From the IMG/VR virus record IMGVR_UViG_3300029258_005088: a DNA stretch of 64,000 nt. The stretch is one strand, 5' to 3'. Below the pieces are notes generated by a model that was not told the origin of the DNA, made no database searches, and was given only the letters and a program-made list of their open reading frames with translations. This DNA is from a virus. This document shows positions 9,033 to 17,810 of the stretch, in pieces (the first letter of the stretch is position 1; every line of letters starts with the position of its first letter). The translations under genes were made by a program, and so were the position numbers.

Positions 9033-9343
9033 CAGGAGTCCTCCTTCTTGAGGGAGGGCGCCTTCAGCTCCGTCTCCAGCTCCAGTGCGTCTCTGTCTTC
9101 GAACGACAGGATGGTATGACGATGTCCCAGTGGTCGATCATAGATCAGCTGAACATAGGACTTGAGGTCGTGCTCGTTGTCGACGGTAGAGCACCGGAAC
9201 GAACCGGTAATCATCCTGTCGACGTCTACATAGTGAATGTGGGTGCCGTCCCAGAACGCGCCCATTCTCTGGCCGTGCTCCGTGTACATGCATCCCGTGT
9301 TCCAAAAGAACCGCTCATCGCGGATTGACTTGAACCCAAACAT
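9032..9343 (-). CDS. hypothetical phage protein
   Basis: Start re-called to MFGFKS behind AGGAG; WNTGCMYTEHGQRM...DVDRMI. Confidence 0.7.
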   Translation of the reverse strand: MFGFKSIRDERFFWNTGCMYTEHGQRMGAFWDGTHIHYVDVDRMITGSFRCSTVDNEHDLKSYVQLIYDRPLGHRHTILSFEDRDALELETELKAPSLKKEDS

Positions 9344-9460
9344 TCTTATCTCCTTGTGGGCTGGCCCCACTTGGAGCGGACGTTGCTGTGTTCGCCCGTT
9401 TAACTGGTCCACACCGGCTCAGGCCGGCAAACCAAACCAGACCCCTTGCGGGGCATAAGA

Positions 9461-9718
9461 TTATTCTTCGATTACGTCTACGTGTCGTTTCAGTTCTTCA
9501 AGGGACCCATAGGTCAGATCCCCGTCGGTGTAGGACCCGTCTTCTTGCCGGGTGAAGGCATAGCCATCCTCGGTCCGGATCTTTTTCGGGCACGTCGGGT
9601 ATGCGACTTGCCGAATCTCGCTGGCTAGGTCAGGCAGGTACCCTTCCTCATCGAGCTTCTCAGCTACCTCGTTCAGCCAGTCACGGTCTACGACGACCTC
9701 GTGCTTATCAATGGTCAT
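9461..9718 (-). CDS. hypothetical protein
   Basis: ATGA-coupled ORF. Confidence 0.7.
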   Translation of the reverse strand: MTIDKHEVVVDRDWLNEVAEKLDEEGYLPDLASEIRQVAYPTCPKKIRTEDGYAFTRQEDGSYTDGDLTYGSLEELKRHVDVIEE

Positions 9719-10101
9719 TCTTCTTCTCCTACGTATTGCTTCTGGAGATCCTCTAGGGATATCCTCAGGTGATTACGGTCTCTCAGCAGGCACCTACGAT
9801 CGCGTGTGTCCAGGAAAAGAGCTATGTATTTGCAACGCCGATTCCTGGTCCAACTCCAGTCCTTGTGCTGGATAAGCTCCAGGATGGTTTCGACCGGCTG
9901 CCATTCGACGGGCGGCTCGAAGAACTCGGCGCGTTTGTCGCTCCAGTCGTCGAGCATGTTCAACAGGCCCTGGAGAGCGTCTTCGCACTTCTTTCCCATG
10001 GCCTTACACACGTCTGGGTTTAGCAAGGCTTCCACCAGGCGGAGCCTCTGCTTGTCCAGCATCTCGGTGTCGACGTTTTCGATTACGAGTAGATCACTCA
10101 T
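9715..10101 (-). CDS. hypothetical protein
   Basis: Start re-called to MSDLLV (ATGA overlap). Confidence 0.7.
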   Translation of the reverse strand: MSDLLVIENVDTEMLDKQRLRLVEALLNPDVCKAMGKKCEDALQGLLNMLDDWSDKRAEFFEPPVEWQPVETILELIQHKDWSWTRNRRCKYIALFLDTRDRRCLLRDRNHLRISLEDLQKQYVGEEE

Positions 10102-10622
10102 GTCACAAGCTCCTCGGGTTCCCATCTGTACTGCTCATTGGAGTATTTCCACTCCTCTTTGCTGATGAAGAACTGATAGCGGTTGACGAAGTGAAGTCCT
10201 GCGATGATGTGAAGACCATTGCCGGTCTCCACGATCGTCCAGACAGTCTTCCTGTTCTTCTGGGCTTGTACGACCACGGCCGAGAGCTCGTCTCCGTATG
10301 TTTCCTGGATACCGTCCATGTCAGATGACTCCGAACGGAAATCCGGGTCCCCGTGATACTTCTTGTCGAAGTCGTCCGGGCTTCCGGTCTCCCATGGCTC
10401 CGGGGACTCCTCGTCCATCTTCCAGTCTTCGTCTCCGGGGAACGTTCCGTCGTCTTCCATGACGTCCGAGCCTACCCAGCCATCGTGCTCGTTCAAACAC
10501 AGCATAAAAGCTGCGAGCTCATCAGCAGTGGCGAACTCGTATGTGTCGATCGGACGCTCTTCCTTCGGCCACATCTCGCCCCAGCGGACGGTGATGCTGA
10601 ATGGTTTATCTTTCTCTGACAA
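10098..10622 (-). CDS. acidic two-domain hypothetical phage protein
   Basis: TTG start behind GGAGG; C-terminal VWTIVE...GLHFVNRYQFFIS segment. Confidence 0.7.
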   Translation of the reverse strand: MSEKDKPFSITVRWGEMWPKEERPIDTYEFATADELAAFMLCLNEHDGWVGSDVMEDDGTFPGDEDWKMDEESPEPWETGSPDDFDKKYHGDPDFRSESSDMDGIQETYGDELSAVVVQAQKNRKTVWTIVETGNGLHIIAGLHFVNRYQFFISKEEWKYSNEQYRWEPEELVT

Positions 10623-10935
10623 CTAACATGCCCTCCGCTATCGCTGCCGCGATGTCTCTCGCGAGCTTGGCCTGACCACTTCCCGTGGACAGTTCGTACT
10701 CTTTCGTCTTTATCGTATAAAACCTAGCCGGACGGGCAGCGCAGTAGACCTCTGCCACATCTCCGTCACTCTCGTCTCCTGGCTTGTACACGGCCACCAA
10801 CTCTTCAGGATTCCCATACCGAGACGGTCCGCACCAAGCATCTCCGAAGATACTCCGGTCATTGTCCGAATCGTAAAGGAATGCCAAGGGATCATTCTGG
10901 TTCGACACTTTCAATCTCCTTTTCCGTGCATTCAC
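10606..10935 (-). CDS. hypothetical protein
   Basis: ORF tiling; true start may be GTG near 10905. Confidence 0.6.
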   Translation of the reverse strand: MNARKRRLKVSNQNDPLAFLYDSDNDRSIFGDAWCGPSRYGNPEELVAVYKPGDESDGDVAEVYCAARPARFYTIKTKEYELSTGSGQAKLARDIAAAIAEGMLVVRER

Positions 10936-11425
10936 GGTTCTTCTTGATTGTTTCTATCTGCTCCTTCGTGAGCTGCTTCGAGTAGGGGAAGTTCTCCAAG
11001 GTAGGCACCTCTCCGGACATAGCCGAATCGCAGACATAACTCTGACAAGTCCAGGGACGAGTCCAGTAACACGTGCAGTTCCCGGTCTCTTGATCGAATT
11101 GATCACAGGTATAGGGGTACTGCGTTATGTAACCTCCTTCTCCGACGGGCTTTCCGTCTTCGTTGACAACGCCTTCCACCGGCTTGAAATGGTCCATTCC
11201 AAACCGAGCGCTCTCCGTTGCCTTCGCCTGCTCGGATATCCTGATCAGCAAGCACATGCTCGGATCCTCCGTCTTCGACAGAGACTTCAGCAGGCCCCTC
11301 AACTCGGACAGGGCCTCTCTGTATACCGACTCCATCTCCCCATGTTCTACGGGAAGAAACATGAGCTTGCAACAGAATCCCGGACATTCCCTACACACGG
11401 ACACGCCGCTTACCTGAGGCATCAA
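10892..11425 (-). CDS. YkgJ/CxxCxxCC family cysteine-cluster (putative Zn or Fe-S) protein
   Basis: CRECPGFCC at N-terminus; CDQFDQETGNCTCYWTRPWTCQSYVC at C-terminus. Confidence 0.75.
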   Translation of the reverse strand: MMPQVSGVSVCRECPGFCCKLMFLPVEHGEMESVYREALSELRGLLKSLSKTEDPSMCLLIRISEQAKATESARFGMDHFKPVEGVVNEDGKPVGEGGYITQYPYTCDQFDQETGNCTCYWTRPWTCQSYVCDSAMSGEVPTLENFPYSKQLTKEQIETIKKNRECTEKEIESVEPE

Positions 11426-12072
11426 CGACTCTCCTGCAGATAGTTGGACGGCCTACGAGGACTGTCCGTCTCGTGCTGCTTGTTATACTCCTCGATCGCT
11501 GTCTTGATAGCGTCGTACTCCCTCTGGTCGATGATCATCGGGATGTTGTCGAGCTTTCCGAAAGCGTTCTGGACGTTGAAGTGGACGTCTCCCTTGGAGT
11601 CCGTCCAGACTCTGGGAGTCGCCGATTCCACGTTGGTGCCGCTGTGCAGGGTGACGTCTTTCTTCTCCACCGAGGTGGTGAACGAGTCTCCCATGCTGTA
11701 ACGCCTGCTCTTGTTCCTGTCGGCGAACTCCACGCCTCTATGCGACTGCATAACGATCTGGATCACGTACCAGGTGTCATGAGGCTTGTCCGGGCGGCTG
11801 CCCTTCATCCTCACGAGGATCTGCAGGTACCGTCCGTTTCCTACCTCTGCAGGTATGAGTTCGTTGACTGCTTCCGAGAGCGCGTTCTGCACTCCAGGCA
11901 GGTTGGTGTTCATGATCATGAACGAAGGCTTCCTCTCGGCCGCCTTTTGTCTGCAGTACTCCTCGGCCTCCGGATCGTTGTCCAGCATATACTTCGGGCA
12001 ATACTTCGTATCCAGGACGTCGTCCACCGTAGTCGCTTTCAGTCTTCCGCACTCAGGACATTCCTTACTCAT
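11422..12072 (-). CDS. hypothetical protein
   Basis: Start re-called to MSKECPECG (ATGA overlap). Confidence 0.65.
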   Translation of the reverse strand: MSKECPECGRLKATTVDDVLDTKYCPKYMLDNDPEAEEYCRQKAAERKPSFMIMNTNLPGVQNALSEAVNELIPAEVGNGRYLQILVRMKGSRPDKPHDTWYVIQIVMQSHRGVEFADRNKSRRYSMGDSFTTSVEKKDVTLHSGTNVESATPRVWTDSKGDVHFNVQNAFGKLDNIPMIIDQREYDAIKTAIEEYNKQHETDSPRRPSNYLQESR

Positions 12073-12608
12073 GAGTCCTCCAATTCTGAACACGTATTCA
12101 GTTTTACGACGGCATACGCGATGTGGTTGATTCTACTGGTTCGGTAGCCCTTCTTCTCCAGTGCTTCGCCGAACTTCCTGACGTTATCCGTCTCGAGGTA
12201 GTTGTGGTTCAGCAGAGGAGCGAAGTCCCCGCCGTCACACATCACCACGCAACGCGCCTCTTCCGGAATGGGCAGGCAATTGTCGAGGAACGCCTCAAGC
12301 TCCAGCTCCTTGTACTGGTCGATGGTGAAGAACGCTTTGCATCCTCCCGTCCAAATACCCTCTTCGCTAATGGATTCGGCGGCCTCTCTTGTGATGAGCG
12401 CCGCTGTATTGGCCTCGGCATCTCCGATGTTACAGCAAAGATCCTTCTCGTTGTCGATCTCCGACATGATCCGTGCGACGTCATCGGTATGAGCGAACAG
12501 CTTCTGATCCGTGGTGATCTTGAACGGGATCTTATCCTTGGTCTCCAATTCCACCAACATGTAGTCGACGGGCTTGAGGTCCCTATACGTCAACAGAACG
12601 TACTTCAT
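12069..12608 (-). CDS. hypothetical protein
   Basis: Start re-called to MKYVLL behind GGAG. Confidence 0.65.
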   Translation of the reverse strand: MKYVLLTYRDLKPVDYMLVELETKDKIPFKITTDQKLFAHTDDVARIMSEIDNEKDLCCNIGDAEANTAALITREAAESISEEGIWTGGCKAFFTIDQYKELELEAFLDNCLPIPEEARCVVMCDGGDFAPLLNHNYLETDNVRKFGEALEKKGYRTSRINHIAYAVVKLNTCSELEDS

Positions 12609-12837
12609 CTTGTAGCTCCTTGATTCGTGCGTCACGCACTTCGTTGAACAGTCTGGAACTGCAGTGGCCCGAGAACATCGGGAACTCGCAGTCCTTCTCC
12701 ACCTCCACGATCTGGTCGTGGATGGCACACATGTTGTCCTCGGTCAGTTGCTTGCATCTCTTTCGATCGATATCCCACGTCCCATAAGGACATGCGCAAC
12801 GAGTACAACACCATCCGCAGTTCACGCACCCAATCAT
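12583..12837 (-). CDS. second CxxCxxCC (YkgJ-like) cysteine-cluster protein
   Basis: MIGCVNCGWCC...RCKQLTEDNMCAIH; ATGA overlap with upstream ORF. Confidence 0.65.
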   Translation of the reverse strand: MIGCVNCGWCCTRCACPYGTWDIDRKRCKQLTEDNMCAIHDQIVEVEKDCEFPMFSGHCSSRLFNEVRDARIKELQDEVRSVDV

Positions 12838-13067
12838 CTTCTCGTCCTGGGTATCTCCCCCGTCTTCAGGAACTTGTCCAGATCTTTCTGGGCCTTGTTC
12901 TCGTGGGAGTAGTAATCCGTTTCTCTGGTCCACGGCCCGCAGTTGTCGCAGTAGTATCCAAGGTAGTATCCCGCGGAACTCCTGCACACCTGCAGAGGCA
13001 TCATGCCTTTGCAATCCATGCATTCCACCTCCTTGTGGAAGCCTCCTGTATCTCCTGGTATCGCCAT
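12834..13067 (-). CDS. conserved small phage protein
   Basis: VCRSSAGYYLGYYCDNCGPWTRETDYY motif. Confidence 0.65.
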   Translation of the reverse strand: MAIPGDTGGFHKEVECMDCKGMMPLQVCRSSAGYYLGYYCDNCGPWTRETDYYSHENKAQKDLDKFLKTGEIPRTRR

Positions 13068-13068
13068 G

Positions 13069-13380
13069 TCACTCTCCTTCTTCGGTATGCTGCTTGGCGA
13101 CCCACTGCCAGTAGCCGGTGCTGGTGTCGTTTTTCTGGACAGAGTGTACCCAGTCCTCTCTAGGAAACTCCGGGTGTGCGGCCCACCATCCGTACTTCTC
13201 GATAAGCTTCAGCTCTTCGATGCGTTCGCGGACGCCGTCCATGATCCTGTCGATATCTTCCTCGTGCGGCGTCTCCTTGACGCCTGGGTGACAGGGCATG
13301 CGCTCCTTCAAACTCTTGGAAGCATAGCTCTCCAAATAGTCCCGTACATAATCAAACACACCTTGGGGTATGTCCATCAA
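13069..13380 (-). CDS. hypothetical protein
   Basis: Coupled ORF. Confidence 0.7.
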   Translation of the reverse strand: MMDIPQGVFDYVRDYLESYASKSLKERMPCHPGVKETPHEEDIDRIMDGVRERIEELKLIEKYGWWAAHPEFPREDWVHSVQKNDTSTGYWQWVAKQHTEEGE

Positions 13381-13577
13381 TCCACCTCCTCGTAGTCAAG
13401 TCCGTCTTTCTTGGCGGCCAACCACGCCGGAATGCGACACTCGTAGGAGTCGTCTGCATCCCTGCGCTGGTAGCTGATCTGTGATTTCGGGAGCCAGAAC
13501 TCCCCTTCGTCCTGCTTGATGAGGACGGCCGCTTCGCTTTCTCTCACGAAGCGGCCTTCGACTTTTGCCTGTGCCAT
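13377..13577 (-). CDS. small phage protein (ESEAAVL...WLPKSQI type)
   Basis: Motif recalled from small phage proteins; coupled ORF. Confidence 0.7.
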   Translation of the reverse strand: MAQAKVEGRFVRESEAAVLIKQDEGEFWLPKSQISYQRRDADDSYECRIPAWLAAKKDGLDYEEVD

Positions 13578-13909
13578 CAGGACTGGAGGTACGCCACGTC
13601 TTTCTTGTGACGTAGTTGGAATGCTTCTTCACGGGTGAGTCCGACGAACTCACTGGGGCTGAAGCTGATTTCATCCGGATAATACTGGAAGAGCTCTTCC
13701 TTCTCCCCGTCTTCATACACCACCGTCACGCGAGGCATGGGGCCGAACATCGACTCAGGCATCTTGCCTGTGTCTGCCGACACGATCTTGCGATCCTTGC
13801 GGAGCTGCTCCTGTGCCGCTTCCACGGCTTTCTTCGTGTCTTCCAGAGAACCGCCCACGAACGCGTCATGGATCTTGTCGATGTGTTTTTCTGCTTCTGC
13901 TCTTGTCAT
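13577..13909 (-). CDS. hypothetical protein
   Basis: ORF with purine-rich RBS. Confidence 0.7.
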   Translation of the reverse strand: MTRAEAEKHIDKIHDAFVGGSLEDTKKAVEAAQEQLRKDRKIVSADTGKMPESMFGPMPRVTVVYEDGEKEELFQYYPDEISFSPSEFVGLTREEAFQLRHKKDVAYLQS

Positions 13910-13925
13910 GGTTCTATCCTTCTGG

Positions 13926-14102
13926 TTAGTCTGTGTGGCAGCACTTCACTGCCTTTCTCTTGTCCTCGTGCCACGTACTGCAGTGAGCACAGGCCCATCC
14001 CTTCTGGATGCGCCAGGCACAACAGCGCATGGCCTGGAGCTTGGTGTTCTTCTGTTCCATACAGCACGCGCAAAAGAACACTCGCTTAGCCCTGCCTTTC
14101 AT
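13926..14102 (-). CDS. 58-aa Cys-rich protein with two CxxC-x12-CC units
   Basis: Manual translation MKGRAKRVFFCACCMEQKNTKLQAMRCCAWRIQKGWACAHCSTWHEDKRKAVKCCHTD; GGAGG RBS; missed by ORF track. Confidence 0.7.
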   Translation of the reverse strand: MKGRAKRVFFCACCMEQKNTKLQAMRCCAWRIQKGWACAHCSTWHEDKRKAVKCCHTD

Positions 14103-14121
14103 GGGTCCTCCTGCTTAAATT

Positions 14122-14140
14122 AAAAAGGGCGCCTAGCCCT
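14122..14140 (-). terminator. short intrinsic terminator overlapping stop codon
   Basis: AGGGC-taggc-GCCCT-TTTT. Confidence 0.5.
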
Positions 14141-14369
14141 CGTCGCCGATCAACTCGGCTAGTTCGTTCTTGGCGGATTCGATCTCGTCACGCTTCTCTT
14201 GCAAGATGTAGACGTTCTCTTCCATTTCAGCCGCACGTTGCTCCATAGATTCGGGAACGTTGTCTGCGGCTTCCTGCTCTTCATCAGCGATCTCGTCCAA
14301 AGCCTGGTAGGCCTCGTCCAGATGTGCGATGACTCTCTTACGGATTTGGGCGCGTCTTTCGTCGTTCAT
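14133..14369 (-). CDS. acidic coiled-coil hypothetical protein
   Basis: AGGAG RBS; helical E/D-rich sequence. Confidence 0.7.
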   Translation of the reverse strand: MNDERRAQIRKRVIAHLDEAYQALDEIADEEQEAADNVPESMEQRAAEMEENVYILQEKRDEIESAKNELAELIGDEG

Positions 14370-14387
14370 ATAATCTCCTAGGGGATG

Positions 14388-14414
14388 AAAAAAGACCGGC
14401 CTAAATAACCGGTC
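14388..14414 (-). terminator. intrinsic terminator
   Basis: GACCGG-N9-CCGGTC followed by TTTTTT. Confidence 0.6.
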
Positions 14415-14447
14415 CTGGATATGGTAGGGCTTATCGCCCTATGCTAG

Positions 14448-14476
14448 ACAATACTCTTCTTGTCGGCCGTAGTCAA
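14448..14476 (-). promoter_or_regulatory. sigma70-like promoter
   Basis: TTGACT-N17-TATTGT immediately after the stop of 14479..15792. Confidence 0.6.
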
Positions 14477-14478
14477 TA

Positions 14479-15792
14479 TCAAGGCTTCTTTATTGACGAC
14501 GACAGCTCTCCTGACAACGGCCGCAGTACGTCGGTTATGTCCTTGAACACCTCGTCTCTGTCTTTCAACGTCTTCGCAATCTCGGGAATGATGGCATACA
14601 TGCCTTCGAACCTCTCGTGGATGGTTCCGAGACACCTCATGTCCTCGTCCGAGACAGCGGGACTGTCGACGACCTGCTGCAGAGCGTCTACCACCTTCTG
14701 CTGCTCGGCCAGTTTCTTCTTTTCCTCCTCCAGCATGGCCGGAGCCTTGGAGTGCACCTCTACGTCATGCGCTATCTCGTCTATGAATGCCTGGCATGCG
14801 GCATGCTCCTTCTTGAAAGAAGCCATGTCCGAGGGAATAGGCTTCGTCAGATCCAGTCCGTCATATGGCTTCTTCTCTTCCGAAGTCTCCTGCGCCTCTC
14901 CGTTCGCGCACTTCGCCGCTATCTCCCGGGAGACGACCTTGCTCAGGACGTCGGAGAAAGGCGTGATGTCTTTCCATATGAAAGAACTGCCGACCCTGTT
15001 CCTGACCATGGGCTTGAGCCCTTGCATCGTCTCGACGTCGAGAACGAGATCACCGCCGGGATTCACCTCCCTCGGCTCGTCCGAAGACACGTTCCATGCT
15101 TTCTCGGCTATCCTTTTGGCTTCCTTTGAGTGCCCGGAGGGATGCTCCCCTACGTTCAGTCTCCACAGGTAACGGTCGGGTACCCGGAACTTTCGGGTAT
15201 CTTCGGGAAACAAGGTCGAGTACAGTTTCTGGAGATTCCCAGGAGTGGCGTAAGCCCCCTCGAACCTGGGACTCACAACCATGAGAGCCTCGTTGCTAGG
15301 AGTCGACGCGCCTACCAAGTTCGCCTCCACTACCTCGGCTACGTGGAAGTACTGACCATCCGTTATGTAGATCTTCACTCCCTTTCCCGGGAACCGGTAG
15401 TTTATTCTTTCCTTCTCATACTTGCTTATTGCCTTGCCGCCTTCCTTGAACGACAACACTATGGCGGAAAGGACGCACTTCGCCCTGCCCTCGGAAACCT
15501 CGTTGTCCGAGAAATAACTCCGGATATCCTCGAGTATGGCAAGGGCACTCTTCAGGCGCACGCCTATAAGAGACAGGAACAATCCCTCTCCCAGAGGTCC
15601 TTCCTCAATTTCCTCTATGCGCTTGTCCAGCTTCCCGGTTCTCTTACCGGTTATCGTATGGACGCATACGTCGGCGAAGTCCCTGAACGTCTTGTCCGCG
15701 ACTCCGCCATCCACGCAACCGGCCACGTACCCGGCTATCTGGGTCCATAGTTCGCTGCACCTCTGTGCCTTCTGTTTGTCTACCTCAGTCAT
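14479..15792 (-). CDS. hypothetical protein, C-terminal coiled coil
   Basis: 437-aa ORF with AAGGAG RBS. Confidence 0.75.
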   Translation of the reverse strand: MTEVDKQKAQRCSELWTQIAGYVAGCVDGGVADKTFRDFADVCVHTITGKRTGKLDKRIEEIEEGPLGEGLFLSLIGVRLKSALAILEDIRSYFSDNEVSEGRAKCVLSAIVLSFKEGGKAISKYEKERINYRFPGKGVKIYITDGQYFHVAEVVEANLVGASTPSNEALMVVSPRFEGAYATPGNLQKLYSTLFPEDTRKFRVPDRYLWRLNVGEHPSGHSKEAKRIAEKAWNVSSDEPREVNPGGDLVLDVETMQGLKPMVRNRVGSSFIWKDITPFSDVLSKVVSREIAAKCANGEAQETSEEKKPYDGLDLTKPIPSDMASFKKEHAACQAFIDEIAHDVEVHSKAPAMLEEEKKKLAEQQKVVDALQQVVDSPAVSDEDMRCLGTIHERFEGMYAIIPEIAKTLKDRDEVFKDITDVLRPLSGELSSSIKKP

Positions 15793-15809
15793 GTTTTCTC
15801 CTTTCGATT

Positions 15810-15840
15810 AAAAGGGCCGCCGGCACTGAACCGACGGCCC
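15810..15840 (-). terminator. intrinsic terminator
   Basis: GGGCCGTCGG-ttcagtg-CCGGCGGCCC-TTTT. Confidence 0.65.
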
Positions 15841-15865
15841 CTCGGATGGTGGGACGTAAAACGTC

Positions 15866-16537
15866 TTATGCAAGTGCGTCACGCAACCGAGAAGCTACCT
15901 CCGGATGCGTCTTGGTGATGTCGTCCACGATCGTGTGGACCTTCTTGAGCTTTTCGCAGGCCTGGACGGTTTTCCGCATATCCATGACTTGTATCGGATG
16001 CTTCTTGCGGTAGTACAGCTTCAACAGATCCTCTACCGTGTCCTTTCCGTAGGCCATACGGTAGTCGGTGTTGATCCACTCCGGATTCTCCATCAGAGCG
16101 TCGGTAAGCTGCTCGCAGAACTTCATGACCTCGTCCAGAAAGATCCTGCTCATCCAATAATCCGGATCCTTGCTGTAGTGGTGCCTCGTGAACAGGCCGG
16201 CGGCGTCCATGAAGAAGCCCTCGACAAATCTGGAATCCTCGACTGCCAGGTTCTTCTGCGGGGGTTGGTTTCCCCACAACGACTCGGACATTTCCCGAAC
16301 GAGTACCGTCAGTACTTCGTAGTCGATGACCTCGTGCTTTCTTCCGAGCCATGCCGGCTTCTTCACCTCCAGATCCGCAAGAGGACCGAGGTCTTCTAGC
16401 AACGCCTCCATCGCCGTACTGAGAGCGATGGTTACGGAAGAATCCTTCGCATCGCTCTCCTCGAGGTGCTGTGCCCTTACCAGGCTCTTTGCCGCCTTTT
16501 CTATCGCTTCGTTTATCGTTACCATACTTTTATCCAC
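15866..16537 (-). CDS. hypothetical protein
   Basis: ORF tiling with neighbours. Confidence 0.7.
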   Translation of the reverse strand: MDKSMVTINEAIEKAAKSLVRAQHLEESDAKDSSVTIALSTAMEALLEDLGPLADLEVKKPAWLGRKHEVIDYEVLTVLVREMSESLWGNQPPQKNLAVEDSRFVEGFFMDAAGLFTRHHYSKDPDYWMSRIFLDEVMKFCEQLTDALMENPEWINTDYRMAYGKDTVEDLLKLYYRKKHPIQVMDMRKTVQACEKLKKVHTIVDDITKTHPEVASRLRDALA

Positions 16538-16734
16538 TCCAGTGGGTTTTCTGTCATCTGTTTGATGGCCTCCTTGGCCTGCTCCTCGCTGTGCCCGTAG
16601 CTCACCAGCTCATCCACTACGGCGCCCACGCTATGGCGGACGACGTAGGTATTGAACGGAGGAACCACGGTGGCACTGCGAATCTCGGTGTCTCCGTCTT
16701 CGTGGACGTACACCAGATATATATCTTTGCTCAT
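16519..16734 (-). CDS. hypothetical protein
   Basis: ATGA-coupled to PP-loop gene. Confidence 0.65.
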   Translation of the reverse strand: MSKDIYLVYVHEDGDTEIRSATVVPPFNTYVVRHSVGAVVDELVSYGHSEEQAKEAIKQMTENPLEWIKVW

Positions 16735-17810
16735 TTGGACTCCTTCATTTCCATCAGCTCTTCGTACCTTCCGATTATGTCTCGAGGAAGGAGGTATTGG
16801 CAGTTCAGCTTCAGAACGGTATGCAGCATGGCGCGCATTCGGGCAAGCTGCCCTGCCTGCTCCATGGTCGGCACCTGGGTGGGCCAGCCCTTGGTATACT
16901 GCATCTCGACTGGAATGGCATCGGACGCTTCCCTGCGCATGGAGGACTTGTGCTTAACCTCCGCTATGATCTCATGGGAGAACGGGCCCAGGAAGGACGG
17001 CTGCCTTTCACAGAGCCAGTCGTTCGGCTTGAAGCTGAACGAGGATCTTATCTCCAGATCTATCAGCCTCTTGTACGAAGCGTGATTTCCCTGACAGGCC
17101 AATGCCGCCAAGTGGTCGGAGTTAGTGGCCAGTACGCAGTACGCACAGCTCAACCGATCGGATCCGTACTCCGTGTACGCCGGATGAAGCGGTAGACCGG
17201 CCTCCTTGTGAACTTCGAATACGTCGTCAACCGTATAGTCCAGTATGGGATTCCACTGCCAGCCACGCGTGCCTTTGGTCTTCACTTTCAGTGTCGACAT
17301 CTCGCTCAGGACAGGCTTCTTCGCCCTTCCCGTGCTCTCCTGCTTCCGAATTCCTACCAGGTTCAGTATGTCCCTTCCGGGAAACATCTTCTTCAGGGCG
17401 GCTACTATGGGCGCTACCTTCAGTTCTCCCGTGCAGAAGCGCCACTGAGAGTTGGACCATGGCGTGATAAGCTTGACGCAGCTCATCTCCTCGAACCGCT
17501 TCACGTTGTCTTCCCATCGCTGCTCCCACCTGTCCACCATATCGCCTTTAGTACGACGCACGATCTTCAGCTGGGTGCCTGCATGGGCGTTCTGGAGCCT
17601 GACCCACTCCGGGGTCTGCGGCCAGTCTATTATCCCTAGATCCGCATGGAAGCATATCCTGCTCTCCATGGGATGTCCTACCTCGTCCAGCCATTGCGAT
17701 ACCTCGTGCACCATAGTGCCCGAGTCCTTGCCTCCGGATATTCCAAAAGCGACAACGGCGTTGTTTCGGACGAGCTCTATGACTTCAGGCGTCAGACTCA
17801 GCTTCCTCAT
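16731..17810 (-). CDS. PAPS-reductase-family PP-loop protein (paralog 1, SGGKDS type)
   Basis: VAFGISGGKDS, FCTGELKVAP, GIRKQESTGRA, WNPILDY, HPAY...RLSCAYC; start re-called to MRKLSL. Confidence 0.85.
   Translation of the reverse strand: MRKLSLTPEVIELVRNNAVVAFGISGGKDSGTMVHEVSQWLDEVGHPMESRICFHADLGIIDWPQTPEWVRLQNAHAGTQLKIVRRTKGDMVDRWEQRWEDNVKRFEEMSCVKLITPWSNSQWRFCTGELKVAPIVAALKKMFPGRDILNLVGIRKQESTGRAKKPVLSEMSTLKVKTKGTRGWQWNPILDYTVDDVFEVHKEAGLPLHPAYTEYGSDRLSCAYCVLATNSDHLAALACQGNHASYKRLIDLEIRSSFSFKPNDWLCERQPSFLGPFSHEIIAEVKHKSSMRREASDAIPVEMQYTKGWPTQVPTMEQAGQLARMRAMLHTVLKLNCQYLLPRDIIGRYEELMEMKESK

Noticed and set aside
9420-9460. c-di-GMP-I riboswitch (GGCAAACC on plus strand) or hammerhead/pistol ribozyme
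   Set aside because: The remaining consensus elements (second GNRA-receptor helix, CUGANGA/GAAA core) are missing, and the plus orientation is opposite to the genes
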